64,000 nt of DNA from contig NC_092675.1 of the NCBI RefSeq assembly GCF_964355755.1, positions 3,653,812 through 3,717,811 on the forward strand, written 5' to 3'. Positions 29,212 through 41,200 of this stretch are shown here, in pieces. Origin of the DNA: Antedon mediterranea (Eukaryota > Animalia > Echinodermata). The position numbers and the translations under genes are program-made. Numbering within the stretch: the first letter of the stretch is position 1; each line of letters begins with the position of its first letter. A model generated the notes under the pieces. The model saw nothing but the letters and a program-made list of their open reading frames with translations. It ran no database searches and was not told the DNA's origin.

Positions 29212-31692
29212 AATAACATACATACAATACTGTTTTACACTTGACGGCGGTATCAACGAACGTGTAGAAATAGCTTATGTTAACGACAACTAAAACTTTA
29301 TCCTCTCATCATTAAAAATGTGGTTATCAGAATACTCAAATGTCGTTTTAATCTGTAGGCCTAATTCAAGTTCTGCAACACTGACGTAATTCCTTTGTTG
29401 TATAACTCCATGGCAAACTACTAAGAAATTTCATGCTAAATTGACCACTACTTCTTATGGCATGTGTTTCATTTCATGAGATAAAAAAATCAGTATTTTT
29501 ATTACAAAATCCTCAAGTTGAGTGCATTGTAATACATCTGGACGGTATGCCTACTAATAAAGGGTGAACGGTACATCATCCTGTTCTTTGAAGGAAGCAA
29601 AATGTTGTATAATGTCCAGTTCAGTTAAGTAGAACCAAAATTTACAGACTCTCAATACACCAACTGTCTGTCAGTGAAACCAAAGTATTTGTTGAAACAC
29701 CAGCAAGAGTAATTTAAATATATCTCATCACCTAAAGTTTGACTTATACTGAAGGTTATGTTTTGCCTATAAAGCATCCCATAATGACATCAAGGCAATG
29801 TTTTTAACGTTTGAGAATAATATCCAAGTTACAAATTAATTGCAGACAAATTGCATAATTTGTGGGATTGCACTCCCTGTCCTCTTGACAATTAGAGGAA
29901 GTGAACTTGTGATGTGTTTGTTTTTAAATAATTTTTACGATTATAACTTTAATTTGTTGTTCTTTCTTTGTACAACAGAATTATTACCATAAATTACCCA
30001 TATTTCTGGATTTTTGAAAATAATTTTTATAAGGCCACTTTACTGATAATGGTTAAATACACCCGACACTATATAGAAGAGGATCACCAAAATTTTAAAA
30101 TATAAAGCACCACCAACCAATTAAAGATTGATCGAGATCAACGCTCCTCATTTCAACAGCTATGAACTATATTTTAATATCTATTTTTTACTTTTGATTA
30201 ATAATATTATGTTGTTAGCTGTAAGTGCTTAGAGTTCGGTCAGCGGAACGCAATTGATTGGTCAAGTAAAAATCGCGCATTTATGCACATTTTCATAAAC
30301 TTGTGTACAAATTTGAATACCGATTCATTTGAATGGTTGTTTGCATTAGTGGTGTGGTATTGCAACTAGGGATCTGGTGATTTCTGCTGGCAATTCACTT
30401 CCAGTGTCAGAACCCTAACCAGTGTTTCAGAGAGACACAATGTCCAATTTATTGCTTAGTGTACCTACCTCTTTTGGGCCAACAACACCAGCCTGGCCCT
30501 TACTGACCAACTAGCCCTATCCTCCATACTGATTGGCACTTGATAGGTAGTTGAAGCTAGCTTTAGACATGCAGAACAGATAAAAATTATCCAATCAGAT
30601 CCGATGTTTTAGGAATGTACTGTACACGAGTAAATCTAAATTTGTAATTTCAAAGTGAAATCTATAAATAAATCGGTCTAAATCATAATGTACAAATAAT
30701 ACTAGCACATAAATGTGTTAGTAACAAAATTGAAGAGTAACTTGTAAATGTAATTCATTATTTTATTTTATTTTTATTTTATTTTATTTAATCGAAACCA
30801 ACAGCGATAATTACCGCCACTAACAGGTTTGATACAAACAAAGCCAGGACTGTTTAAAGCACCTTGATTGGTCCTAACATTGATCAAGGGCTTCTCTCGT
30901 CCAGTGCCCACCTTGACCAGAGGTCTGAGGCCTAACATGTGTCAATGAAAGCCCAAATTATCAACAATACAAATGAGAGCAAACTTTTTAGAACAAATAA
31001 TTGAGCAGCTTATTGCAATTGGACAAGACGGATAGGAATAGTTAATTGTTTAATAAGCTTTTAAATTTATAATAATTTAAACATTTATTTTCTGTTGTTG
31101 TGACGTGTTGTCTTTTGCATGACGCACAATGATTTACATATTTTCAATGTGTTAATTCGAGATATTTGTAAAAGGGTTTTTAGTTCCGACCAGGCGATTT
31201 TTTTTCCGTACGATAGTTCCTCTATCAGTTCGTTTCGGCCTCAATCGACTCTCTTCGGCAAGCCAGCTCACCGATGCGTAATATAACGTATACAAACCAG
31301 GGAGTTGGCAAGTGTCTGTAGGTGGTTTATATTCGGTAAAATTAGGTGTAATCAACCCGGAAATAAACGTAGTTCAAATTTTCAACAACAAGAAAAGCGC
31401 TATTTCAATCAATTGAATGATCCGATCTCATGTGGGGAATGTCGCCCCTGGTTGTATTTTTGCCGCGAATTTTCAACAAAGAAATTGCGCATTAAATACA
31501 CTATTGAAATTCTTCTGCGCATACAATGAATATTTATGATTTTTTTGTTCAATTCAATGACGTCATTCTACGAATTTTAAGCGATAGAGGGCCGGCAATT
31601 AAGCGGCGGCGATCATGTGTTTCAATGGGCCGTGAGTGAGTAGCCTGAGGCAAATAAGAGCAGCCAAAGCCTAGCGGTCTATTTGATACTAG

Positions 31693-32518
31693 CAAAGAAT
31701 ATATATCACAAGAATGAGTAATCCGCGATTTTCCCTGTAACAGTAATATTGTCCATGTGGTAGGGCGCCGCCATAAGTGTGGATGTATCTGGGATGTATA
31801 CAACTTTTTGTGACGGTTTCAATAATCAAAGGCTAGACCATCGGTAGTATTTTCATGATAAAAAATGTTATCAACTACATGCCAACATCATGTTAAATAC
31901 TATTTGGATATTTAATTGTTCGTTTTATGCAATTTATTTAGTAAAATCTGCCGTATAAACAGTTTGCTTTATCAACCGGGCGCTACGATAGCGTGTTGCT
32001 GTTTACGCGTTTTCACGAACGATAGTTTAATAATATTCCTATATTTATCTTGTTTCTGGTAAAACAAATAAATGTTAATGATATTTAACATTTTGTCCTA
32101 TTGATAACATGTATTTTATACTAATTTATATCATAAAAACAATACTTAATTTACCGGGCGTAGAGTAGTACACGGCAATGGTAAAGAATAGGCCGTGCTG
32201 AGTAACGATTCGTTGATTTTGGTGTTGCTGTGTTAGGCTTTTTTTGTGAACTAACTTAGCATGTTAGTAAATAATTGTCTGTAAAAGTGAATGTACACTA
32301 GTTTGTTAATAAATATGTATTATAAAATAGTTTACAATTGCAAAATATATTATCATAATTCTATTTAATGTGACATGTATAATATCTATTAAATCAAGTT
32401 TTATTTAGTATGTATACATCCGCCCTTATGAGGGCGGGCATCACTCTCTGGAGCTCTCTGTTACAAATTTCTCATGCAAAAATCGCGGAATACTCATTCT
32501 TGTGATATATATTCTTTG
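31693..32518. mobile_element. 826-bp non-autonomous DNA transposon, 40-bp TIRs, 7-bp TSD (P-element-like)
   Basis: TIR CAAAGAATATATATCACAAGAATGAGTA(A/T)TCCGCGATTTT at both ends. ATACTAG is duplicated at 31686-31692 and 32519-32525. Confidence 0.85.
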
Positions 32519-32879
32519 ATACTAGCATATCGCACACATCGTTAATTGGCTTAAGATAGGATAGTAACTTCGAACTCTCTCCTCTTATTTTACAACTCCC
32601 TGTACAAACCACGAGCTAACTTCTCACTCAAGGCAGTCACAACAAAAGATCGTATAGCACCACGTAGTGCGGCCATACACACCACCAACTACCATAAACG
32701 TTTATTCATAACATATACCAATACAATATCTTGCATGAATCGGAAATTTCGCTACCAATGTAGCAACATGTAACAGTGTGGCGTGTTTACCACGAATAAC
32801 TAACAATACCATCTTCCCCCAACTACACCTGCAAAAACTCATTTGCATAACAACGAACGGCATACCAAACTACGATGAG

Positions 32880-33197
32880 ACATAGTATTAATTCTTTTTT
32901 TGTTACATTAAAATTGAGGGCGCTAAACATAAAATTTACGAGATCGAAAAACAGGTGGCGTAAGCATAAAGAAAAATGTGCTTTCCCTGCCTCAGCACTA
33001 AGGCCCTGCCACAGCCTTGGGGTCGTTCCCACCACATCATCACCATATGCATTGCTAGTGCCTTCTTACGATGTGTGGTAGAAAGGGCGACGTAAAATTC
33101 TGTGAACCCCAAACACAGTGGTCGCATACCTTACTCTATTCCACCGACCAGCGTGGGAATCGAACCCACGACGCTCAGTCGACTGAGCTAACCGGTC
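32880..33197 (-). mobile_element. tRNA-derived SINE-like element
   Basis: Head GACCGGTTAGCTCAGTCG...GTCGTGGGTTCGATTCCCACGCTGGTC (A and B boxes, acceptor and T stems, anticodon arm missing) followed by a GC-richer body. The 3' boundary is approximate. Confidence 0.6.
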
Positions 33198-34794
33198 ATC
33201 TTGTGTTTAGATTTGTTAATATTAGCTTCGTTCCTTCAAGATGACGTCATGAATATGTATATTTATGACGTAACGTAGAATTACGTAATATGAAAAACGT
33301 GAGTCGGCTTTGTGGGGTAAACGGGTATGCTCCGCTTTGAGTATGGCCTACACTCATCTATAGACTGGGTTCGAACCTCCACAGATATATATATATATTT
33401 TTTTGAATTATGACGAAATCGACAACGCCGAAAATTTGAAATACAACATCGATTTTTTTTTTCATTTTTTATTTTATTCATATTTTCTCTAGAAAAGTGT
33501 GAACTATATACGACAAAAAGACGCACATATCACGTGGTTGTGTCGAAACATGTGAAGTGGACTCGTGTCGGTATTGCTGTCAGGAGAATAAATGCAACAG
33601 CGCCACCAATATGTAGTTGACGCCCGAGTTGACGTCTCAACTTCTAATTGTTGTATTTTACTTGTTTTTCTTGATATGATATATACGTTAAGACTAAATC
33701 ACACACAGCAATAAGACACACACAAATATTTTCTTGGAGAAATCTTATGTAGGAGAATTTTGCAGTAGGCGGAGGTATGCACTCTCGGAGCGGCTGTTAA
33801 CACAAACAAAAAAGACTAAAAGAAATTCATCGCATAATTGATTTTAGTATTCAGTAGATTCAATAAATTTGTACAGAAACCTGATGGAATGTTAAACATG
33901 TTAAATAAATGTTCCCTTCATAATTATCAATTTTATAAACAACAAGACTTAATATTCAATCATTTTTAAACCATACCGTAGCAGTTTCCTGTTTGAGATG
34001 GAAGCAAAAATGTGCGGGGACCGGGGGTGTAACAACAGTACTTGCATTAATTTGGGAAGAGAACTTAATTGAATTGACTCTGAACCAAAAGTTGAGGGCA
34101 ATATGATGGTAGGTAAAGAAGGAGTAGGTCGTATACCATTATCTATAACATTGCACAAACCTAAGTCATTTTGTTTAAACTACTTAAAAATATATATATA
34201 TAATATTATGCTTATTAAGCCAATTATGCTTTAAAAAAACTAACATTGTGCAAGAACTGAAAAAAAAACAGACATTGTGTGTAAGAAGTATCATCAGAAA
34301 TTGTGAGAAATACTTATAAATAAACGTAATTTGATTGTAAATCGAGTAAAATCAAATAAAATCTAGGTTCGATATCAAAATATAATAGTTAAAAATTAAA
34401 TTAATAAAACGTACTATAAAAGAAACCAAATAAAACGTTTGAAAATTATTTCCAAAATGTTTTTGACTTTTGATAATTTTTTAAGAGAGAAAATACAAAT
34501 AAAAAGGGTTATATAAATAAAAATATTTTAAAGGTACATAGACAAATTATAGATGACTAATAAAAATTATATTACATTATTAATTAAATGAAAGTGGGAC
34601 GACTTACAAAAGAGATTAAAAATGTTTGATTATAAAGGATATTTTGAAATTCTAAAACTCCATGGTCTGAATAATTTCATTCAATCAATTAAATAAGTAA
34701 TAAATTATCATTTTTTAAATGACAAAGATAATGTTTTTAATCAATAATTTCTTCAGAATACCTTCTACTATTATAGGTATAGCAACATCTTTTT

Positions 34795-35110
34795 CTTTAA
34801 ATGTAATGAAATGTAATGTTGTTCGATTTATAAAGCGCTTATGCCTATATACAATCAAAAGATTATCCCAAAGCGCTGAGAGAGAAAAAAAGAAAGAAAT
34901 TACAAAGAAAAAAGATGGGTTTTTAAGAGTATTTTGAAAACTATCATAGAGGATGCATTTTTAATAGGATCAGGAAGATTGTTCCACGGTTTAGGAGCTC
35001 TAACTGCATAGCAGTCATAATTTAATAATATTCCAATTTGTCTTTTTAGTATAGTTTTTTCCAGATCCAGATAACATTGCATGAGCCTAGTTGAAGAATC
35101 TGATTCCCCC
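34795..35110 (-). mobile_element. L2/CR1-type LINE 3' fragment downstream of the ST8Sia stop codon
   Basis: Reads YAVRAPKPWNNLPDPIKNASSMIVFKILLKTHLF (ORF2 C-terminus motif), followed by a cagcgcttt...aagcgcttt 3' segment and a (cattaca)-type tail. Confidence 0.75.
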
Positions 35111-35204
35111 AATCAGCGCTAAACTACCATGTTACGCCACCAATATTTTTCATCGATTAAAGCCCTATACCCTTTTTTCAAACGTTCTTGGCTCCACAAA
35201 CCTT

Positions 35205-38200
35205 TCATACACATGTATCGAAATTCATTTTTAGGACTCCTTTACGATGCAGATCAGAAAGTATTTGAAATTCTTCTCCAAAATGATGTGTTTTTTTTGT
35301 CATTTTCATTATTTCAAAATAATGATATGGTAGGCTGCGATTATGATAATCATTATAGAATGGCCAAAATCCATACAAATTGACGTTATCACACATTGAT
35401 AATGCTGCATTAACCACGAAAAAACCTATAAAAATAAACATAAAAAATTATTATAATCGTACGAAATAGGCCTAAGTATTAAATTTGCAACCGGCAAACG
35501 GAGGTTAACATGTGGCTACTTCAACATAATTAGGATGTGTGGGAAATATAATTCCGTTATCGACCATAACAATACGTATTCATTTAATCATTCATATAAC
35601 CATATCCCTGAAACAAAAACTCAAAAGAAAAAAACCAAAAATAAATTAAGCGCTCAAAAACTGGGGAAAATACTACGACAGAGGACGTGCTAATGTCACC
35701 ATATTGAAGATAACAAGTTTTTAAAAGTTTGTGTGTCAATATATCAAACTCTGAGAGGCATATATCTGTTGAATAGCTCTTTGCAAGAAAGAAAAAAGTC
35801 TAGATAAACATACAAAGAAGGTAAACATACAAATCCTAAGACCTATTTTGCCAAATAAATTACAAGAAAACACTAACCTGAACTTAAAACCGACGTTATA
35901 TTCCAGAACCTAGCTACTGCAAGATAGTTATCTGGTCGCATAAAGAGAGAACGGTCGGCTAACGTGGCATTTTTGGAGAGGAGATTTGCAGCACCGAAAC
36001 ATAGCTTTGTACTACCACCTTCATGAAAGCCAGGAAACAAAAAGTAAGCCCGGTCGTATTGCATTAAATAGTCCATAAATTTATATCCGTTTTCCGTCGT
36101 ACCATTTTCATCTGAAATCTGCCTAAATCTTTAAACCAAAATGAATTTATGTAAGGTTAAAATGTTATTGGTATATTTAATGAGTTTCATTTTCACCCAA
36201 TTTCCAGTTCTGTATCTCTATATCTTCATATTTAGGCCTATTTCCGAAGTATACTTTAATTGGGTAATACAGCATCTCATTTATATGATATATATATATA
36301 TATATATATAATATTATATAAGGTATAGGGTTGTTACTCCTAAATACATGTGAAACACTTGTAATGTTGTATTACCAAATATTCCTATGATACTTCGTGT
36401 TCCCGCCCGTAAATTAAGAAACAACAATATCCTTTGTGTTCCCTTTAGTAGAGTCAATGTTCTTAAAAACGGTTACATTAGTAGATTAAGTTTATCTTAT
36501 TTTAGTTTATTTCAGGCCCATCCCCATATCGACATTTTTAATTCCAATCTTTATCTTTTTCGTCGTCATTAAAGTGTTGCTGAGTTACATACCGTTTTCT
36601 AATGAGTGACCCATTCACTGTGGTAAGATTGGTCTTTCTCCCAGCGTCATTCGTAAATGGTTTGATTGGTGGTGCATTAAATCTAATAATTTAAACAATA
36701 TTTAGTAAATTGTCATTCTTCCAATCTATAAAGAAAGAAAGAAAGAAAGAAGCAAACAAACAAACAAACAAACAACAAATAAAGAAAGAAAGAAAGAAAG
36801 AAAGAAGCAAACAAACAAACAACAAATAAAGAAAGAAACAAACAAACAAACAAACAAACAACAAATAAAGAAAGAAACAAACAAACAAACAAACAAACAA
36901 CAAATAAAGAAAGAAAGAAAGAAAGAAAGAAGCAAACAAACAAACAACAAATAAAGAAAGAAACAAACAAACAAACAAACAAACAACAAATAAAGAAAGA
37001 AACAAACAAACAAACAAACAAACAAACAACAAATAAAAAAAGAAAGAAAGAAAGAAAGAAAGAAGCAAACAAACAAACAACAAATAAAGAAAGAAACAAA
37101 CAAACAAACAAACAACAAATAAAGAAAGAAACAAACAAACAAACAAACAAACAAACAACAAATAAAAAAAGAAAGAAAGAAAGAAAGAAAGAAGCAAACA
37201 AACAAACAACAAATAAAGAAAGAAACAAACAAACAAACAAACAAACAAACAACAAATAAAGAAAGAAACAAACAAAGAAACAAACAACAAATAAAAAAAG
37301 AAAGAAACAAACAAACAAACAAACAAACAACAAATAAAGAAAGAAAGAAAGAAACAAACAAACAAACAAACAACAAATAAAGAAAGAAAGAAACAAACAA
37401 ACAAACAAACAAACAAACAACAAATAAAGAAAGAAACAAACAAACAAACAAACAAACAAACAACAAATAAAAAAGAAAGAAAGAAAGAAACAAACAAACA
37501 AACAAACAACAAATAAAGAAAGAAACAAACAAACAAACAAACAAACAAACAAACAACAAATAAAGAAACAAACAAACAAACAAACAAACAAACAACAAAT
37601 AAAAAAAGAAAGAAAGAAAGAAACAAGAAAAAAAGAAAAAAAGAAAGAAACAAACAAACAATTAAACAACAAAAGAAAAAAAGAAAGTGATTTATTTCAG
37701 TATATAATTCCATGATCTTATTAAGTGTGTAATAAAAAATAAAGTTGAGTCTGTTGTAAGAGTAGATGACTGCTTCTCTTTTAACGCCATCCTTCGTCTA
37801 TATTATACCTATCTAGAATGCCCAATTCAAAGCCTTTACCTAAAGACAAATTCAGCCTGATCGATGGCTTTTCCACAGCTTGAGTTTAATATGATACCAC
37901 TATTACCGACAACAGAACAACTTGAGTAGCGCTTTTTAAACGGCAATTTCTATTTTAAAATGAAATATTATTTGTATTAAAACTATTACACTCAATTACA
38001 TTATTTGTATCTTTGGTTATTGTAAGCAAACGTTTAGACCATAAAATTATAAAGAAGAGAGTGTGGTTGAATACAGTAGTATGTTATATCGGGGAAGAGT
38101 TAAATTACAAGCTGTTTTTCAATTTCCACAAGCTAATTCAATTGAACTCTTTCCTGGTTATACAGTATATTAATATCTCATTGTGTGAATATTATTATTA

Positions 38201-41200
38201 TTATGTAATATACAGTGTGTATATGGTGTGTGTGGAAAATCAATAAGGACAAAACAATATACATTCAAGATACCGCAGATGTAGATTTGTTCACATTTTT
38301 TGTCTTATTGTGTGAATTAGGCCTTTCACTTTTATATTCTATTTATCTATTTAAAATACATTGTTCTCCTGTTGAATATCCAATAGTGTCACATAATATA
38401 TGACAACATATGACTATATATATATATATAAATATGACAAAAACTTGGAACAAAAAAAATGTGTTAAATTTACCTCCTAGACTAATCCAGATTTGAGAAA
38501 AATGAAATGCTGTAGGCATTTCGTGTTAAAAGCGAATAAACATGTGTTTTAGGGTAATTTTGGGGTGCTGAATTCAAATTTGCTGTTTACCCGGCTCAAT
38601 TTTTAGATCTTCACCCTTAAAATGTGAAAAACAAAATGGCCGCCATTTCAGACTTATTTTGGCTTATAACTTGACTTTTAAGTGACGTAGCAAGTTTAAA
38701 ATGGTGTCAGCCGCGTAACAAGGGGGTCTTGTCAGGGGGGGCAAAGAGGGGAAAATCCTTCCAGACACCAAGTACTTGAGCCACAGCCCCCCCATGGTGG
38801 GGGCTGTGGCGAAGCGAATTTTGGTAAATGACACCCCTAGATCTTCGGAAATGGTACTCTCGCACATAAAATTCATGATAAATGGCGCCTAACTAGTAGT
38901 AGTTGGCCTGGAAATAACACTCCCATTTATTGCACAGCAATCAGCAAAATGATCGTACATTTTCCACCGTTAAAAACTCAGGTGACATAACATTTGAACA
39001 TGTGAAAACCCAATCTAACATTGGATCCGCACCTGGCAAAGGTAGTAATTTTTCCGGTTTGAAGACTGAAACAGGGCCGTAACCAGGTTTGACGGCGGGG
39101 TGGATCGTTAAATTGTTTAGTGGAACCATACCCTCGAATTTTTTTTTCTCTATAGTCAGGCCCGTATGCAGCATTTATAATGGGGGGGTGCGAGCAACAA
39201 TGGCTGGGGGCCAGGGGGCCGCCAAGGGCCCCCGGTCAGGGTCCAGGGGCCGAAGGCCCTGGAAAAATTTGCGTTATTTGACGTTCTAAAGACTGATGTA
39301 AGACTCTCTGTTGTGGCTTGGGCTAGTTGAACGATGGACACCAGAACTTAACGCTTTCATGAGATGAGGCCAACTCAGCAGGGGTGGCGCCAGGATCTTC
39401 CCGACGCGGGGGCTACATTCCCCGACGAGGGGGCTATGCGAGCGAAGCGAGCATCACTAGGCTGAGGGCCAGGGGCCGCCAAGGGCCCCCGGTGGGGGTC
39501 CAGGGGGCGAAACCCCCGGAAGCAACGCGTTCTAGCGTCATTTGAGGTCTTTTTAATCAGATTTAGGGTAGCCATTTTTTCCATTTTTTATAATGCATAA
39601 ATAAAATACTGCGTGCAAAAAAACGGTGCGCGATGACGGTTTCAATCCATATTTTTCAATTTAAAAAATAAAAGTTCAAAGAAAATTTTGAAAAATAGAG
39701 TTGGAGGTCCCGGAAATTGGACTTATTATACTTCAAAACATGAAAAAAAATATATAAGTCCCTATCATGGGTTGTGACTGAGCTAAGAAATGTTTGAAAA
39801 ATAGAGATGTTAGGTCCCGGAAAATGTACTTCTTGTTCTTCGAAATACGACCAGCTTTATTGTTGGGGCTGAGCTAAGAAAATGTTTAAAACTAGAGCTG
39901 CAGGTCTTCAAAAAATTGCATTTTATACTTTGGAAACATCAGGCCTAGAGGCTTAAAAAACGCAAGCGTAGACCTTTTTCAGTCGGGGAAAAAAGTTTAT
40001 TCCTCCCAGGTGTATGCATGCGTACCATCTGGACTTCCGAGTGGTGAGAAATTCATGACATACAGGATATTGAAAATGTAATAACTATAGCTATAATGTT
40101 GGCTAAGCGAAAATGGCATGTTTTTTTGTTTAGTAATGGATGAAAAATTTATTTTAGGTGCCCCACGGTACAGAAGGTTACTTGTAAATTAAAAAATTGG
40201 TGAACAAACGAACAATTAACATAATTCGTTTTTGCTGTAGTGTAGCGTACGTCGACGCAGTACACGACGTAACCGTCGGTAAACTTCGCCTGGAAAATAA
40301 CACATTACACATTTTGGTCCCTGGATGAAACTTGATATCACGCGTCTCGACCCAACGTTGAACGATTCGTACAAAGAGATACCGCCAGACAAGTGCGTAC
40401 CTAGCTATTGTTTAGTAGTAAGTTAGATCGCTGGCAATAATGAATGCATATAAAGTGCATAATGTCACTCTGACGTACTCTCACGGTCAATGAAACGTCG
40501 CGGTTTTCTAGGCGCTGAAGCTAGCTACGAAGTGAACGCGAACGCTTTTTACTGTATATTATATTCCCCGACAAAAAGTACACGTGTTCCCTGACGTTAA
40601 GTTGTCTGTATTTCTCCAGCAAACACTTTACCGCGTACCGCGTACATGAAGCGCTAAGCTATTGCTTGTCGTCACATGATCGACTGCGCATGTTTTACAT
40701 CGAGTTTGTAGTCAGTTCAGATTCCGTAATTTAATTACCGGTATTTTTTCATTTTATATTAGCATATTTTTTTTTGTATACCATTGATAATGTAAATTTT
40801 GTATATATATAATGATATTGTCTTTAGTTAAACAAGACAAGAAAAAATACCAACCGAGGAAATAGTGGACCTTTTGGGACTTGGGGGGGTGCGTCTGCAC
40901 CCAACGCACCCCCCCTGGATACGGGCCTGTATAGGCCTATGTATGGCCGCAAATCGCATTTCCGGCTAAACTCTTTTGTTTATGAACTATATAATTTGGT
41001 GAAATTTCCAGCCCACGAATTTCAATTGCCGACCTTATTGCCGACCTTAAATTGTCAGAGGAAGGCATTCTCTTGCCGACCGAAACTAGGCTAGATCCCT
41101 CCTCCCTTTAAGCCTCCTAACAACAACATGGTACATTAAGGGATCGTATCATTGAGACTTTAACAGGCATATTCACCATCATGTGGTGTTTAGGTAACAA

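Noticed and set aside
36691-37713. Three 311-340 aa hydrophobic ORFs (FVCL repeats)
   Set aside because: Artefacts of the TTTG/TTTC microsatellite inside an ST8Sia intron.
38664-39584. GC-rich short ORFs in the hAT-like element
   Set aside because: They lie in subterminal GC-rich repeats and show no transposase motifs.
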